From Octopus vulgaris (lineage: Eukaryota): a DNA stretch of 64,000 bases. This document shows, piece after piece, positions 1 through 13,319 of this stretch. Positions within the stretch are counted from its first letter, which is position 1; each line of letters opens with the position of its first letter. The notes under the pieces were generated by a model. That model worked only from the letters and a program-made list of their open reading frames with translations. It searched no databases and had not been told where the DNA came from. The translations under genes and the position numbers were made by a program. The DNA lies in NCBI GenBank assembly GCA_951406725.2, contig OX597820.1, forward strand, positions 107,260,001-107,324,000. Reading direction: 5' to 3'.

Positions 1-1474
1 ACTCCATGCTAGCACTGGAAAAGTGAACATTAAAATGATGATAATGATGATGATGATGATGATGATGATAAGGAGGAAGAATATGTATGTAGAATATATA
101 TGTATATATAGCTGTGTATATGCGTGTTCGTGTGTGTGTGTGTGCATGCGCATGCATGTGTGTATACACACGCATACACACAGAAACATAGATATTAAAT
201 AGGAAAATGAATATTAGACAGACAGATAGATAGATACATACATACATACATACATACATACATACTTACATAAGACAGTCACACAGATAAACTATTAGTT
301 AAATAGACAAACTGGTAGTTAATATTAATATTAATAATGATAATAATAAGGAAAAAAAGAGCACTCAGAGAGCGCAAACCTCCGCCAAAGCAACATCAAC
401 GATTCGCCGGAGATGATTTTTAAAATGAGAACATCTGAAATAAACTTGACTGCTCTCACAAACGAGAATACTAAAAATGAGATCGACCACTCTCAAAAAT
501 TAAGTAAAAAAACAGGAAAAATAGTCCAGAATCCTTGTCCGGTACCTGATCAATCCCAGTTATAGTCAGGGAATGTGAAGGTGGCTGTAGAAAATTTAGT
601 AACAGTAATAACTAGTTTATCCTTATCTAATACAAGCCAAAGTTAACAAATTCACCATTCAAAATAGATTCAAAGGCAGATGTAACCATCATGAGTTCTA
701 CTCAGGAATTTTTAAATGAATAGCATGAGACCTTTTGGTTTCCTCTTCTATTAAATTCCAGCCTTCTTTTAATATTCCTGTTGTTTTAGATCAATGTATA
801 GATGTATGTATATATGTAAGTATACTGTAAAGTGTTAATATATATCACCGTCAAAAACTCTGGCTAGTATGCGTTTATATGCATGTACACTTTTGGACTT
901 TGCTATGATGTAAATCAATATTTTTCATTTTATATGTATTTGCTGATCTATAATGTTTTGCATTGTACTGTATTATTATTATTGTTGTTGTTATTATTAT
1001 GTTGCTATTCCAATATATTAAGCTGTTGATGTATTCTACCTGATTTTTTCCACATGATATGTACTGTGAACCGCGTGATGCACATATTGTTTTGCTGGTA
1101 TTATTATTAATAATAATAATAATAATAGTATTAGTAACAATAGTGGTAATGGTAATAATAATGATAGTAATATTAATGGCATTTTGTAACTTAATATAAT
1201 GAACTCTTGACTTTGTATATATATGTACATTTGCATATAGATATGTGTATGTTTGTATATTGTAATATTCTAACATATTGATTTGACCAACTGTAACCTT
1301 GAATATAGTATATATGTATGTATATTGTTGTATATTATTATGTATATGTGTATATATATATAGGAGCATGGGTATATGCACTCATATGTATGTGTATATT
1401 ATATATTATGGGTATGTACCCACTCTTGTATGGGTGTACCTCCTCTGATATTCATATTTAGATTGTACTTTATA

Positions 1475-1601
1475 ATCTCTAAAGAGGCCTTGAGATATTT
1501 TTGTAAGTATCTCATTTATAACCACATATTAACTTATCACACCTGGCTAATATGAGCATAATGAGATACCCATATCTACATGGCTGAAACAGCTGTAAGA
1601 T
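1475..1601 (+). ncRNA. degenerate hammerhead-ribozyme-like motif of Penelope type
   Basis: atct-CTAAAGA-ggcc...ggct-GAAAC-agct-GTA-agat. Stem I atct/agat, palindromic stem III ACAGCTGT; core mutated from CTGANGA. A related fragment lies at about 17875-17912. Confidence 0.45.
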
Positions 1602-2524
1602 GTAGTTTATATTTATATTCATTTATATTCACTTATACATATTGTACTTATTGTATCATATTACTCATTGATGTGCATTGTTTTGTTCTATATTATTATG
1701 TTTGACCTTGATGTTCATATGTAGTGGGTTAATAAATTATGTGATTGGGTATTATCTGGTAGTTGATTATTGATAAAGGAGTATTTCTCCATTTTCTTAT
1801 TTTGTATTATTAATTTGTGGTAAAACATTTTACCTCTGCCCATATAATACAATAAATGAATTAATTGCCTCGCAATTCTTAACATTTATGTATTAACTTT
1901 GTTGGGTGCTTTACTGGCAGTATATTGGATATATGTTATTCCATGGTGGGTTGCACTCACAACCCCTACCTCAATTTGTATAATATATAATATATATATT
2001 ATAAAAATATGTTAGTGTTATTTAATTTCTGAACAGTGTTGCTGCCGTTTATTTGTGTAGTTTAATTTCTTTATCCATCAGTTTCTACTAAGGCAGAGAC
2101 GTGAATAAAATTACTAATAGAGAAACGAAAATAAAACTTTGGAAACAGCCTAAAGGGAGATAAATGAAAAAGATTTGAAAGTCCAGCACTGGATCAATCC
2201 CAAAATCTAATCAATTTGTGCCAGTCATGAGGCCAAACATCACTGAAAGTTTCACCCAAATCCATCCAGTGGTTCTTGAGATATCTTGTCCATAGACAAA
2301 CAAACACGACTGAAAACAATACCACCACCTGCGCTAATGAGGATGTAATAATAATAATGATTATTATCCACGTATTTTAATTTTTTTCACATAACTTCAT
2401 TTCATTTTAAAAAATAAACAATCTGGTGAATTTAGTTTAATGGTCTACCAATGTATACAGTGTATTTCTTTACCCTAGGAGTCAGGAAGATCTCACTAGA
2501 ATATGGAAACAAATGGAAAGAAAA

Positions 2525-2715
2525 ACTCAAAATAATAAACATAACCTGGGAATTGGAATGTGACACACACTCCCTACAATTATAGGTGCTTTTGGAATAA
2601 TTAAAAAATGATGCAGATAATTACTTAAACAAAAATCACAGGATCAGATATTTTTGCAAAGCATAGAGAAAACATTATTAACAGTGACTGCACATATTAT
2701 TACATAAAATGTGCT
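2525..2715 (+). pseudogene. relic of the C-terminus of an R4/Dong-like non-LTR retrotransposon
   Basis: Frameshifted translation TLPTIIGAFGIIKK ... LQSIEKTLLTVTAHII resembles the P.IVGALG.IKK...LQK..L.GTAHILR end of R4/Dong ORFs (from memory). Confidence 0.6.
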
Positions 2716-2820
2716 GGATACAACAGAAAAACACAAAAATAAAGTATTGCACATGTTGCACTCAATGTTTGTGCAGTGAAAGCATGGCATATAGGCTTCA
2801 GAAATAATAATAATAATAAA

Positions 2821-3405
2821 TACCCCGATGCAGTACCAGGCAGTGGCTCTCATGGCTTCTGATCTTAACTGATTGGAAGTGTTATCATGTACATTGTTTT
2901 GTCTTGGTATAAAAGATGGGCTACAGCAAATATTCTGCTCAATACCACAGATTTGCTTGTCAGTTGTTTGACCTTAACCAGTTGACCATGTCCCTTAGTG
3001 GCTGACGATATGTGCATCTCTGATCACGAGCAGAAGTAGTGGGGGAGCATCATAGCCATGTGTTGAGAAGGATTCTTTGGGGTTTGAATAATTCACCTCT
3101 GGAAACATGGGTGTTTCGTTCAACGTCCTTAAACAACCCTTATTCAGGGACCTTTTGAGCGGGATGGGTTACTCGATCTGAAGAAAATTCTAACTGGGCT
3201 CCACCTGCAAGGTCATGTGCTGTTTATCTTGATATGAGATCACCATGTCGCGCACATATGGTTGTGATGCATGTGCCTGGTGTACCCTTATCAGACGGGT
3301 AGTCATGATGGGTATACTGGACTTCGTATATTTTACCCCAGTGTCACTTTGATGGCATGCTCTGCTCGCTCACTCAATAATAATAATAATAATAATAATA
3401 ATAAT
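2821..3405 (+). repeat. non-coding retroposon-like repeat with (AAT)n tail; 5'-truncated second copy at about 4300-4733
   Basis: Both copies share aaaagatgggctacagcaaatattctgctc...gtgtcactttgatggcatgc...ctcactc(aat)n. Confidence 0.75.
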
Positions 3406-3620
3406 TCATTTATTTATTGGCGACAATGGCTAACAAAAATCAATTAAAACATAAAGGGACAAAACACAGGACGAAAGTTACAAAGGGTTTTGTCCGTTTG
3501 AAAAACGTTCGTGTAGAAAAGCAGGATAACAACGAAATGTAAGTAACAAAACTCCCAATAGGGGGAGGCACTACGAAAGGTTACTCATGGAAAAACCCAT
3601 AAAAGTAATAATAATAATAA

Positions 3621-3832
3621 TCCTTTCTACTATAAGTACAGAGGCCGGAACCTTGTGGGAGGTGGTTTGTCAATTGCATCAACCCCAGTGCTCAACTAGA
3701 ATTTATTTTATTGACCCCAAAAAGATAAAAGGCAAAGTTAATGCAGCAGAATATGAACTCAGAACATAAGGACGGACGAAATGCCACAAAGCATTTTGCC
3801 CCACGTGCTAACGATTCTGTCAGCTCACTACC

Positions 3833-3878
<46 letters not shown>

Positions 3879-5530
3879 TGATGATGATAATATTCCTTTC
3901 TACTGAAGGCACAAGGCCTTGAAATTTTGTAGAAGGAGACTAGTCAATGACATCAATCCCAGTGTTTCACTGGTACTTAATTTATTGACCCCCGAAAGGA
4001 TGAAAGGCAAAGTCAACCTCAGCAGAATTTGAACTCAGAACGTAGCAATGGGTGAAATACCGCTAAGCATTTCACCCAGTGTGCTAATGATTCTGCCAGC
4101 TCACCACTTTAATAATAACGATCCTTTCTACTATATGCACAAGGCCTGAAATTTGGTGGGAGGGGGCCAGTTGATTAGATTAAACCCAATACACAACTGA
4201 TACTTAATTTATTGACCCTAGTGTGCTAACAATTCTTAACAATTCTGGCAGCTCGCTGCACTGTTCTCTCACTCAATAATAATAATAATAACAACAAAGA
4301 TGTAAAAGATGGGCTACAGCAAATATTCTGCTCAGTACCACAGATTTGCTTGTCAGTTGCTTGACCTTCACCAGTTGACCATGTCCCTTAGTGGCTGACG
4401 ATATGTGCATCTCTGATCATGAGCAGAAGTAGTGGGGGAGCATCATAGCCATGTGTTGAAAGGAATCATTTAGGGTTTGAATAATTCACCTCTGGAAACA
4501 TGGGTGTTTCATTCAACATCCTTAAACAACCCTTATTCATGGAATTTTCAAGTGGAATGGGCAACTCAACCTGAAGAAAATTCCAACAGGACCTCACCTG
4601 CAATATCGTGCACCGTTTACCATGTCATGCACATATGATTGTGGGTAGTCATGATAGGTAAATTGAACTTCATATATTTGTACCCCAGTGTCACTTTGAT
4701 GGCATGCACTGCTCTCTCACTCAATAATAATAATCCTTTCTACCAAAGGCACCAGGCCTGAAATTTTTGGGGGGAGAGGACTAGTTGATTACATCAACCC
4801 CAGTGTTTCACTGGTATTTAATTTCTCGACCCCAAAAGGATGAAAGGTAAAGTCGACCTCAGTGGAATTTGAACTCAGAATGTCAGGCGGACAAAATGCC
4901 ACTAAGCATTTTGCTCAGCATGCTAATGATTCTGCCAGCTCACAGCCTTAATAATAATAACAATCCTTTCTACTAGAGGTACAAGGCTTGAAATTTGAGG
5001 GGAGGGGACTAGTTGATTACATTGACCTCAGTGTTTCACTGGTACTTAATTTACCAACCCTTGAAAGAATGAAAGGAAAAGTCAGCCTTGGCGGAATTTG
5101 AACTCAGAACATAGCAATAGGTGAAATACTGACTGCTAAGCATTTCATCCAGCATACTCATGATTCTGCTAGCTTGCTGCCTTATTAATAATAATAATTT
5201 CTTTTCTTAGCCACTGAAGCAGAGATGTGGGTGACATCACAAGGACAGACAACAATTTGTGTGGTGATTTACATAAAGGATAGGGAGAAAGAAATGGAAA
5301 AGACAGTGAAATGATCTGTCTTTTCCATTTCTTTCTGGCATAAGGCCAGCAAGTTTGGGGAAGGTGTAAGTTGATTATGTTGACCCCAGGGCCCAACTGT
5401 TACTTCATTGACCTTGAAAGGATGAAAAGCAAAGTCAACCTCAGTGGAATTTGAATGCAGAACATAAAGACAAGTGAAATGCAGCTAAGCATTTTGTCCA
5501 TCACAGTAATGATCTTACCAGTTCACTACC

Positions 5531-5565
<35 letters not shown>

Positions 5566-7500
5566 TCTTTCTACTATAAGTACAAAGCCTGAAATTTGGG
5601 AGAGAAGAATAGTCAATTAAATCAACCCTAGTACTCAATTGGTACTTAATTTATCAACCTCGAAACGATGAAAGACAAAGTCACCCTCGGTGGAATTTGA
5701 GCTTGCAACACGAGGGCAGATGAAATACTACTAAGCACTTCACCCAGCATGCTAACAATTCTGCCAACTCACCACCTTAAATGGTTTCAAATTTATAATA
5801 ATGATAATCCTTTCTACTATATGCACAAGGCCTGAAATTTGAAGGAGGGATATAATCAATTACATCAACCCAAGTATTCAATTGGTACTTATTTTATTGA
5901 CTTTGAAAGGATGAAAGGCAAAGTCGACCTTGACGGAATTTGAACTCAGAACGGAGCGACAGGTGAAATACCACTAAGCATTTTGTCCAGCATGCTAACG
6001 ATTCTGACAGCTAACGCCCTTAATAATAATAATAATGGTTCCAAATTTTGCCACAAAGGCAGCAATTTGTGGGGAGAGGATGAATCGATTACATCAACCC
6101 CAGAGTTTCACTGGTACTTATTTTATCAACCCTGAAAGGATGAAAGGCAAAGTGGACCTCAGTGGAATTTGAACTCAGATCAGAGTGACGGGCAAAATAC
6201 TGCTAAGCATTTCGTCCAGTGTGCCAATGATTCTGCCAGCTCACCACCTTAATAATAGTAATAATTATTATTATTATTATTATATGATTTTCAAATATTA
6301 GCACAAAGCCTGCAATTTAATAGAGGATTACATGAATCCTAGTTTTTGACTGATGCTTCATTTTATCACCCCTAGGGGCAGGGATAAAAAGCAAAAGTTG
6401 AACCTGGCAGGATTTGATCTTAGAATGTTTAAAGGGCCAGCAGACATAACAATGCATTTTGTTCAAAAGATGAACAATAGTAGCAGCAACAAAAGACAAG
6501 ATGGCAACAGCTCTCTCTGATTTAGTTACAAAGCCAGAAATTTTGAGGGAGAAGTTTAGCTGATTACATTGACACCAGTATTTCACTGGTTCTCCATTTA
6601 ATAAACCCTGAGAGGATAAAGGTGCTTTAAGCACCCAATATAACCCCATCATAACTTTTATATTTTTTGCAATTTTCAGAAAAATTTTGAGAATTTGTGT
6701 TCTACACATGGTAATTCATCATACAATTATATGAAAAAAAATTGTGTATGTGTGTGATTCAAGAGCGATTTAGCTGTTGTTTTTAGCACATCTCACGATT
6801 GCCTGATACCTTCCTCGTTAGTTCGGCACTCTGACATGTACTGATGTTTTCCTCATAAACACATTTGATATAATGATGATGCAGTCAAGAGTTTTAAGCA
6901 AAATAATTCGGACTTTCCGTAGTTTAAACTGAACATTTTAGGATTTATGAGGTGTTAGATTAATAATTTTTTTTTTTTTTACATAATCGTATGATTTCCC
7001 GTGTGTAGAACACAAATTCGCAAAAAGTTTTTGAAAATTCCAAAATATAAGAAAGTTATGAAGTGTTATATGGGGTGCTTAAACCAGAATTTCGCCAGGG
7101 TGAAAAGTAGCAATAACAAGAGTTTCAAATTTTGGCACAAGGACAGCATTTCTGAGAGGAGGCTATTACAGCGCTCCGCAACCTTTTATTTGCCGTACAC
7201 TACTTTTATATTCTTTTCACCAGTGTACCGCGGAATGCCGGTCGCAGAGCACTGGTTTATTACATTGAGCCCTGTACTTGACTGGTACTTCATTTTATCA
7301 ACCCCGGAAGGGGTGGAGAATGAACGGCAAAAGTTGGACTCGGCGGGATTTGAACTCAGAATCTAAAAGGACCAGCAGAAATACCGCGAGTCAATTCGTC
7401 TACCATATTAACAGCAGCAGCAACAACAGTTCTCTCTGGTTTTGAGGGGAAAAGTTTAGAAGATTGCATCGACACCAGTATTTCATATCCTATTTCATCG
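3621..7500 (-). mobile_element. head-to-tail array of about 12-13 tRNA-derived SINE copies (about 215 bp, Meta-domain-like) separated by (AAT)n
   Basis: Units at about 3621-3834, 3894-4110, 4122-4258 (partial), 4734-4949, 4964-5183, 5336-5532, 5566-5779, 5808-6021, 6037-6250, 6286-6470, 6525-6620 (interrupted), 7120-7410, 7436-7500 (partial). Minus strand shows A-box-like TGGCAGAATC, B-box-like GTTCAAATTC, the block GCCTTTCATCCTTTCGGGGTC.ATAAATTAAGTACCAG and an (ATT)n tail. Confidence 0.9.
6626..7083. mobile_element. MITE/foldback with about 115-bp terminal inverted repeats, interrupting a SINE copy
   Basis: tttaagcaccca...gaatttgtgttctacacatgg is mirrored by cccgtgtgtagaacacaaattc...ggggtgcttaaa. 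This explains the twin ORFs starting MCRTQI on opposite strands. Confidence 0.8.
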
Positions 7501-8439
7501 ACGTCAACAACAACAACAACAACAATGGTTTCTTTTAAAACACAATAATAACAATAATCCTTTATGCTATAACGATAACAAGAGTATGAATAATAACCTT
7601 ACCATTATTTATAGATTTGGTGATGGCGAGGACTTCCTTATTAATGTTACTCCTTTAATATAATAAGAATCCTTTAGTCTGTTATTTATGGTCAGTAAAT
7701 CCACTTGAGATTATTATTATGAGTTATCGTATTACTGTTTTTTTCTTGTTTTCTCTTTCTCTTCTGTAACTCTTTCAACTATTTTCTTCGTCTTGAATTT
7801 CTTTGTATTTTTCTAATAAAAATAATTCTTATTCTTTTTCTTTCTCTTCTGTAAATTTAAAAATTCAAATCCACCAAGGATTTTATAGAAAAAGATAACA
7901 ACAACTTTTCGTTCTTAGAGTTTTTTTTCCTTACCTATTCTTTCAAAAAAATATTCTAAACTTTACGTTCCGAAGACAATATTTTCTTCAGGTTTTGCTT
8001 TCCTTGTTTCTTTTATAGTCTTTCTTTTAACTTCTCACTGATTCCTTTTCTATGTCTCTTTTGCTTTTTACCATTCATTCTCTCACAACTACACAACCCG
8101 CTTTTCGCTTCCCGTCTTCTCACTCCCACTCCTCCCCCTTTTACTTTCTCCGACTCCCATTACCAGCCTCTCTCTCTCTCTCTCTCTCTCTTCTCCTTCA
8201 GATTGTCACTTCTACATTCTTATATTTGTTTATTTACACATCTCAGTGTCTTCTTCGTGAATTCTAATTCTTAGTTCCTCAACTCCCACCTGCCTAATGT
8301 TTGAAACATTCACTTTCGCGCTTATTTATATTTTCTGTTTCTCAGATTCTTTCTTCCTTCCTTTCATGCACACACACACATACATATATACGGCAATCTT
8401 TCTACATACATACATACATACATACATTTGTGTGTGTCT

Positions 8440-8856
8440 TTTATTTTTTTTTTACTTGTTTCAGTCATTAGTCTACGGTTATGCTGAGGCAACGCCTGGA
8501 AGAAATTTTTGTCAAATGAATCGACCCTAGTACTTTTCTTTTAAACCCTAGTATTTATTTAATCGGTCTATTTTGCCGAACCGCTGCTGTATGGTCGTCG
8601 TAAACACACCAGCACCGGTTGTCAAGCAGTGATGGGAGACGAATACACACGCACACACACGTATAACATATGTATATATATACACACACATCACACACAC
8701 ACATACGATACGCTTCTTAAGGTTTATCTACGAAACCCATTCACAAGGTTTTGGTTGGCCAGAAGCTATAGCAGAAGACAATCGCCCATGTTGCCATGTA
8801 GTGGAACTGAGCCCTGAGCTTTGCAATTGGGAAGCAAGCTTCTTACTACACAGCTG
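8440..8856 (-). mobile_element. tRNA-derived SINE with internal (CA/TA)n, diverged
   Basis: Reverse complement matches the better-preserved copy at 62784-63201. Confidence 0.75.
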
Positions 8857-9005
8857 TGCATATGTATATACACATGACTGTGATTGGTGAGAAAGCAATG
8901 CAAATAAAAATTACATTACTTTCTGATTCACTCTCATACCTATGTATACATTATACACACACACACACACATTCACACGTTCTTACATATATATATATAT
9001 ATATA

Positions 9006-9048
<43 letters not shown>

Positions 9049-10040
9049 TTGCATGCATGTGTACTGACATACAGAGAGACATGCATACATATGCGGTATT
9101 TTGTCTGCCGGTACGTTCAAATTCCGCCGAGGTCGACTTAGCCTTTCAACCTTTCGGAGTTGATTAAATAAGTACCAGTTACCCTCTATGTTTAGCCCCC
9201 CACCCCAACCCCGTGGGCAATAAAGAAATAAATATATATGCATGCATATGTGTGTGTTTGCAAACGTTTCTTACTCTTATTCACTCTTATTTATGCCTCT
9301 TCTTTCTCTTCAGAAATCTATTTTTTATCACCTTCCTTCTAAGCTTCGTTCTTTCCTCTTTCTACTCTCAGATTTTCACTTTCTCGCCTTCTCTCACCCG
9401 TCTCTTTTTCCCCTTTCTCCATCTCTTACGTCCTCTCTCTCTCTCTCTCTCCTACATTTCTTTGTCTTTCTTACTTTGCACTTCACTTTGTCCTTGTCTC
9501 TTTTTCTCGCTCTCTCTTTCTTCTTCTCCTCCTTAATTCCTTGTTCCTCTTTTTCTCTCTCTTCTCCCCCTCCTTAATTCCTCTGTCCCTCGTTTCCTCT
9601 CTATTTTCTTCACACGTGACCTACTGGCCTTTTGGGTCTGGCAGCGGTCGTGGTAACATCAACATTTTTTTTTGTCTGTCCCAAGGCATATTCCTAACAC
9701 GCCAGCTGAGTTCAATTCGTCTAAGTCGAAAGACGCCTGTTGTGATGTCCTGTTATTATTATTATTGTTGTTGTTGTTGTTTTTTCGTATATTTTTGTAT
9801 TTATATTCGTGTAACATCGTCCGTTTTCCCGTCCTTGTTTCGTATACATTCGAAGCTTTATTCCAAGGAATCTGGTGCTCTTAGCTTAGTTTTTCCTTGG
9901 GGCTGGCTGGATTGGAGCAATCTCAAGATTAATCAGCCGAAATTGCGAGGATGATCCGGTTCTTGACAGAAGATTGAAGGCTTCGAATGATCCGTCCGTG
10001 TTTTTTGTATCGTCTTCTGAATGTTTTGCGTTCTTGTCCC

Positions 10041-10083
<43 letters not shown>

Positions 10084-10183
10084 GGAGTAAACACATAAAT
10101 GTGAAACAAGGTGGAAAAAAGAGTACTCAAATACCAGTGGTAGAGTAATATGCTTTATTTTAAGCAGCAGAAAATTCAACAAA

Positions 10184-10254
10184 ATCTGTTACTCTGAGTT
10201 TCTTGTTGCCGTTCATGTCTGATGAACGGCAACGAGAAACTCAGAGTAACAGAT
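10184..10254 (+). ncRNA. minimal hammerhead-ribozyme-like motif within a near-perfect palindrome
   Basis: tgt-CTGATGA-acggcaacga-GAAAC-tcaga-GTA-aca at 10216-10251, with an inverted truncated copy at 10184-10216. Confidence 0.55.
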
Positions 10255-10476
10255 ATAATATATAATATATATAATATATATATATATATGTATATATAAT
10301 ACATATATATGTGTGTGTGTATTTTTGCTGCTCGTCTTCTTTATTGTCACTCCATCGTCTCATTCTCTCATTTCATTTACTGTTCACTCTTATTTTGAAC
10401 AATTCTCTCTAACTCCAGCCATTCTTTTATTTATTTTTTCTTCCCCGACTTTATTACTTGATACAACAGCAGCAGC

Positions 10477-10528
<52 letters not shown>

Positions 10529-11079
10529 TTTATTGCTAATTTATCTCTTACCAATACTATCCTTTCATCTTTCTCTGACATTATCTTATTCCAGCCACTC
10601 AACACCATCACCATCATGATCACTACCACCACCACCACAACCATCACCACCACCACCACAACCAACACCATCATCACCACCACTACGACCACTATCTCCC
10701 ATATTCAGATGTGCACTCCTTAACCAGTTACACCCTACCCCACTCCCATTTTACGATGCCTTCTATTTTTGTATCTATTTTGGCAGGTACTCTTCACCTC
10801 CTTCCATCAAATTTATCCAACCAACTGCGGCCAAGTTTTTAAACTCATCACCACTATTAAGCCATCAAGTTAAAAATTAAAAAAAGAAAACGTTAAAATT
10901 CTACCGGTTACAATGTAAGGCACAAAAAGAGAATGGCTCTCCCCAGACACAACAGAATATGCTTCAACACACGAACTCATATAAAGAATCTTGCAAACAA
11001 AATCCAAAACGAAATTAAAACGCATATTCACTATCAAATGGATACAAAAAAATTTAATTTTCTCCATTATTTCACCCAG

Positions 11080-11498
11080 GGTTGGTTGGTTGATAGATTG
11101 ATTGGTTGGCTGGTTGGTTGGTTGGCTGGCTGGTTGGTTGGTTGGCTGGTTAGTTGGTTGGTTGGTTGGCTGGCTGGTTGGTTGGTTGGTTGGTTAGTTG
11201 GTTGGTTGGTTGGTTGGTTGGTTGGTTGGTTGGTTGGCTGGCTGGTTGGTTGGTTGGTTGGTTGGCTGGCTGGTTGGTTGGTTAGTTGGTTGGTTGGTTG
11301 GTTGGTTGGCTGGCTGGCTGGTTGGCTAGCTGGTTGGTTGGTTGGTTAGTTGGTTGGTTGGTTGGTTGGTTGGCTGGCTGGCTGGCTGGCTGGTTGGTTG
11401 GCTGGTTGACTAGCTTGTTGGTTGGCTGGCTTGGCTAGTTGGTCGATTGGTTGGCTGGTTGACTGGCTGGCTGGTTGGCTGGTTGATTGATTGGTTGG
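11080..11498. repeat. (GGTT/GGCT)n tetranucleotide microsatellite
   Basis: About 420 bp of ggtt/ggct units; source of the WLVG and QPAS pseudo-ORFs. Confidence 0.95.
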
Positions 11499-11691
11499 TA
11501 ATGGACCACCTTGCACACGGATCAAAATCCTTATATTTTTCATGAATCTTTTCCACGTTTAAGACTGTCTTTTATCATAGAATGTAACTCAAAACCTAGT
11601 TTAATCACATTCTCCCAACCCGTCCATTAAATTTACATGTTAACTCCCTCTTGCTCTTTTCCTCTCTGTTTGTCTCTCTCTCCTTCCTTCT

Positions 11692-11743
<52 letters not shown>

Positions 11744-13319
11744 CTGTTGAAAGACATTCTGAAACGGATGACTACTTTCTCTGAGTTAAAATTCTCCCTA
11801 ATTTTAGAGGGGAAATCTTCACACGGGTGCTCAGGCTACAAGCAATAATAGTTAAATCCTCTTACTGCAGACTCTGTGAGAGATGGGGTGCAGTGGGTAG
11901 ATCTTACTTGGGCTTGGAAATTCCTTAACATGATCGCATACATTGTAATCTACTGTATACGGACTGGAAGGTGCCCAAAAGTTATTTTTTAACTTCGTAA
12001 CCCAATAAACTTCCTCTTCGAAACCTTCCCTACAGTGTTTAAAAGGGTGTAACACATTGAAAAAAGTCTTAGATCAGGGGTCAGCAAACTTCTAATATCG
12101 TTGACCCCTTCGTGAAATTGTTGATAAGCTATCGATTCTTATCTTGTAAATTTCTAAAATAAAATTTTTCAAAAAGCATAATTATCAGAAAAAAATTTTG
12201 ATTTAAAAACAATTCCTTTGTAGCGAGGCCTAGATTTGAAACTGTGTAGACTTAGTAACAACGATCGGGCCACATCAGATCAGGCAATTGCTCAGAATAC
12301 TAACCAATTATATGCAGAAATATCACCCCATACTGTCGAAAATTTCAGATATTTCCGCGTAAGTAGAGGTTATAAAAGTGAAAGTGCGCCACAATCAGCG
12401 CAGAGGTTAGAGATTTCAGAGAAGAGAAGCGGACACAAGAGACTCGGTCTTTGCTCTACTTGTGTTTAAAGGAATCTTTTTGTATATAATGCACTTCTCC
12501 AAGCACGTACTATGAACACGATATCCTCACCTTTTACCACACAAATAAACAACTATTTTTAGAGTGAGTTATCAGACTAGTCACCAATTTTTACTGAGGA
12601 AACCCAATTGGTCTAGGTAATAACCCCACTAAAATAAACATCAAAACGAAAGGAGTAAAATACCAGCTTTCCAAGTAATTTATTGAACAGGAGAGGTGTG
12701 AAATTTAAGAAAACGACTTGTTAGATAATACATGTCTGTGAGGAGGCATAAACAAAGATAGCAAAAATGTTTATATCAAAGAGCTGGTAATACATACATT
12801 GACAAATGTTCTATAACGAGAGCAAAAGGTTGTTGCATTACTCCACACGAATACTAAACGACATTAAACTAAGCTTAAAGGTTTCTGAAAGGACGTTAAA
12901 GTCATGCTTGCTTGGTGAATATAACGTGTGCGAGAAGTAATCATATAGGAGTAACAGTTGTTAGCAACTTAGATGTAGTGGAAACGTAGTGGCGTAGACA
13001 GCGAAAACAGCATTGTGTCGTGAGTCAGAGATTCCTGGTGGCAATTCAGGCTGGACTGCTTTCAGAGCAAATTATGATCCTTTTTGTAAAGCAAATGGTA
13101 GGCTCCGCGATATCTGTCAAGATTATCCCGCCAAAATAACATGATCCGTTTTAGTGGATCTGATTGCTTTACGGAGTAATTTGGGTGCAATTGCTTAGGG
13201 AACAATTTGCGTCAAAAACTAACCAATCAGAGCAATGGTTACAACTGCTCTTTAAAGCCAAATGTTTTCCGCTATGTTGGCGCAAAAGCTATAAATATAT
13301 GGGAGAGAAAAAGTTTTGT

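Noticed and set aside
875-1381. 168-aa ORF
   Set aside because: Low-complexity I/Y/T/N sequence from (TA)n and (ATT)n repeats; no recognisable domain.
3621-7500. CRISPR-like repeat-spacer appearance
   Set aside because: Units are about 215-bp SINEs with Pol III boxes, the linkers are microsatellite, the DNA is eukaryotic and there are no cas genes.
10933-11543. WLVG-repeat and QPAS-repeat ORFs
   Set aside because: Translations of a tetranucleotide microsatellite.
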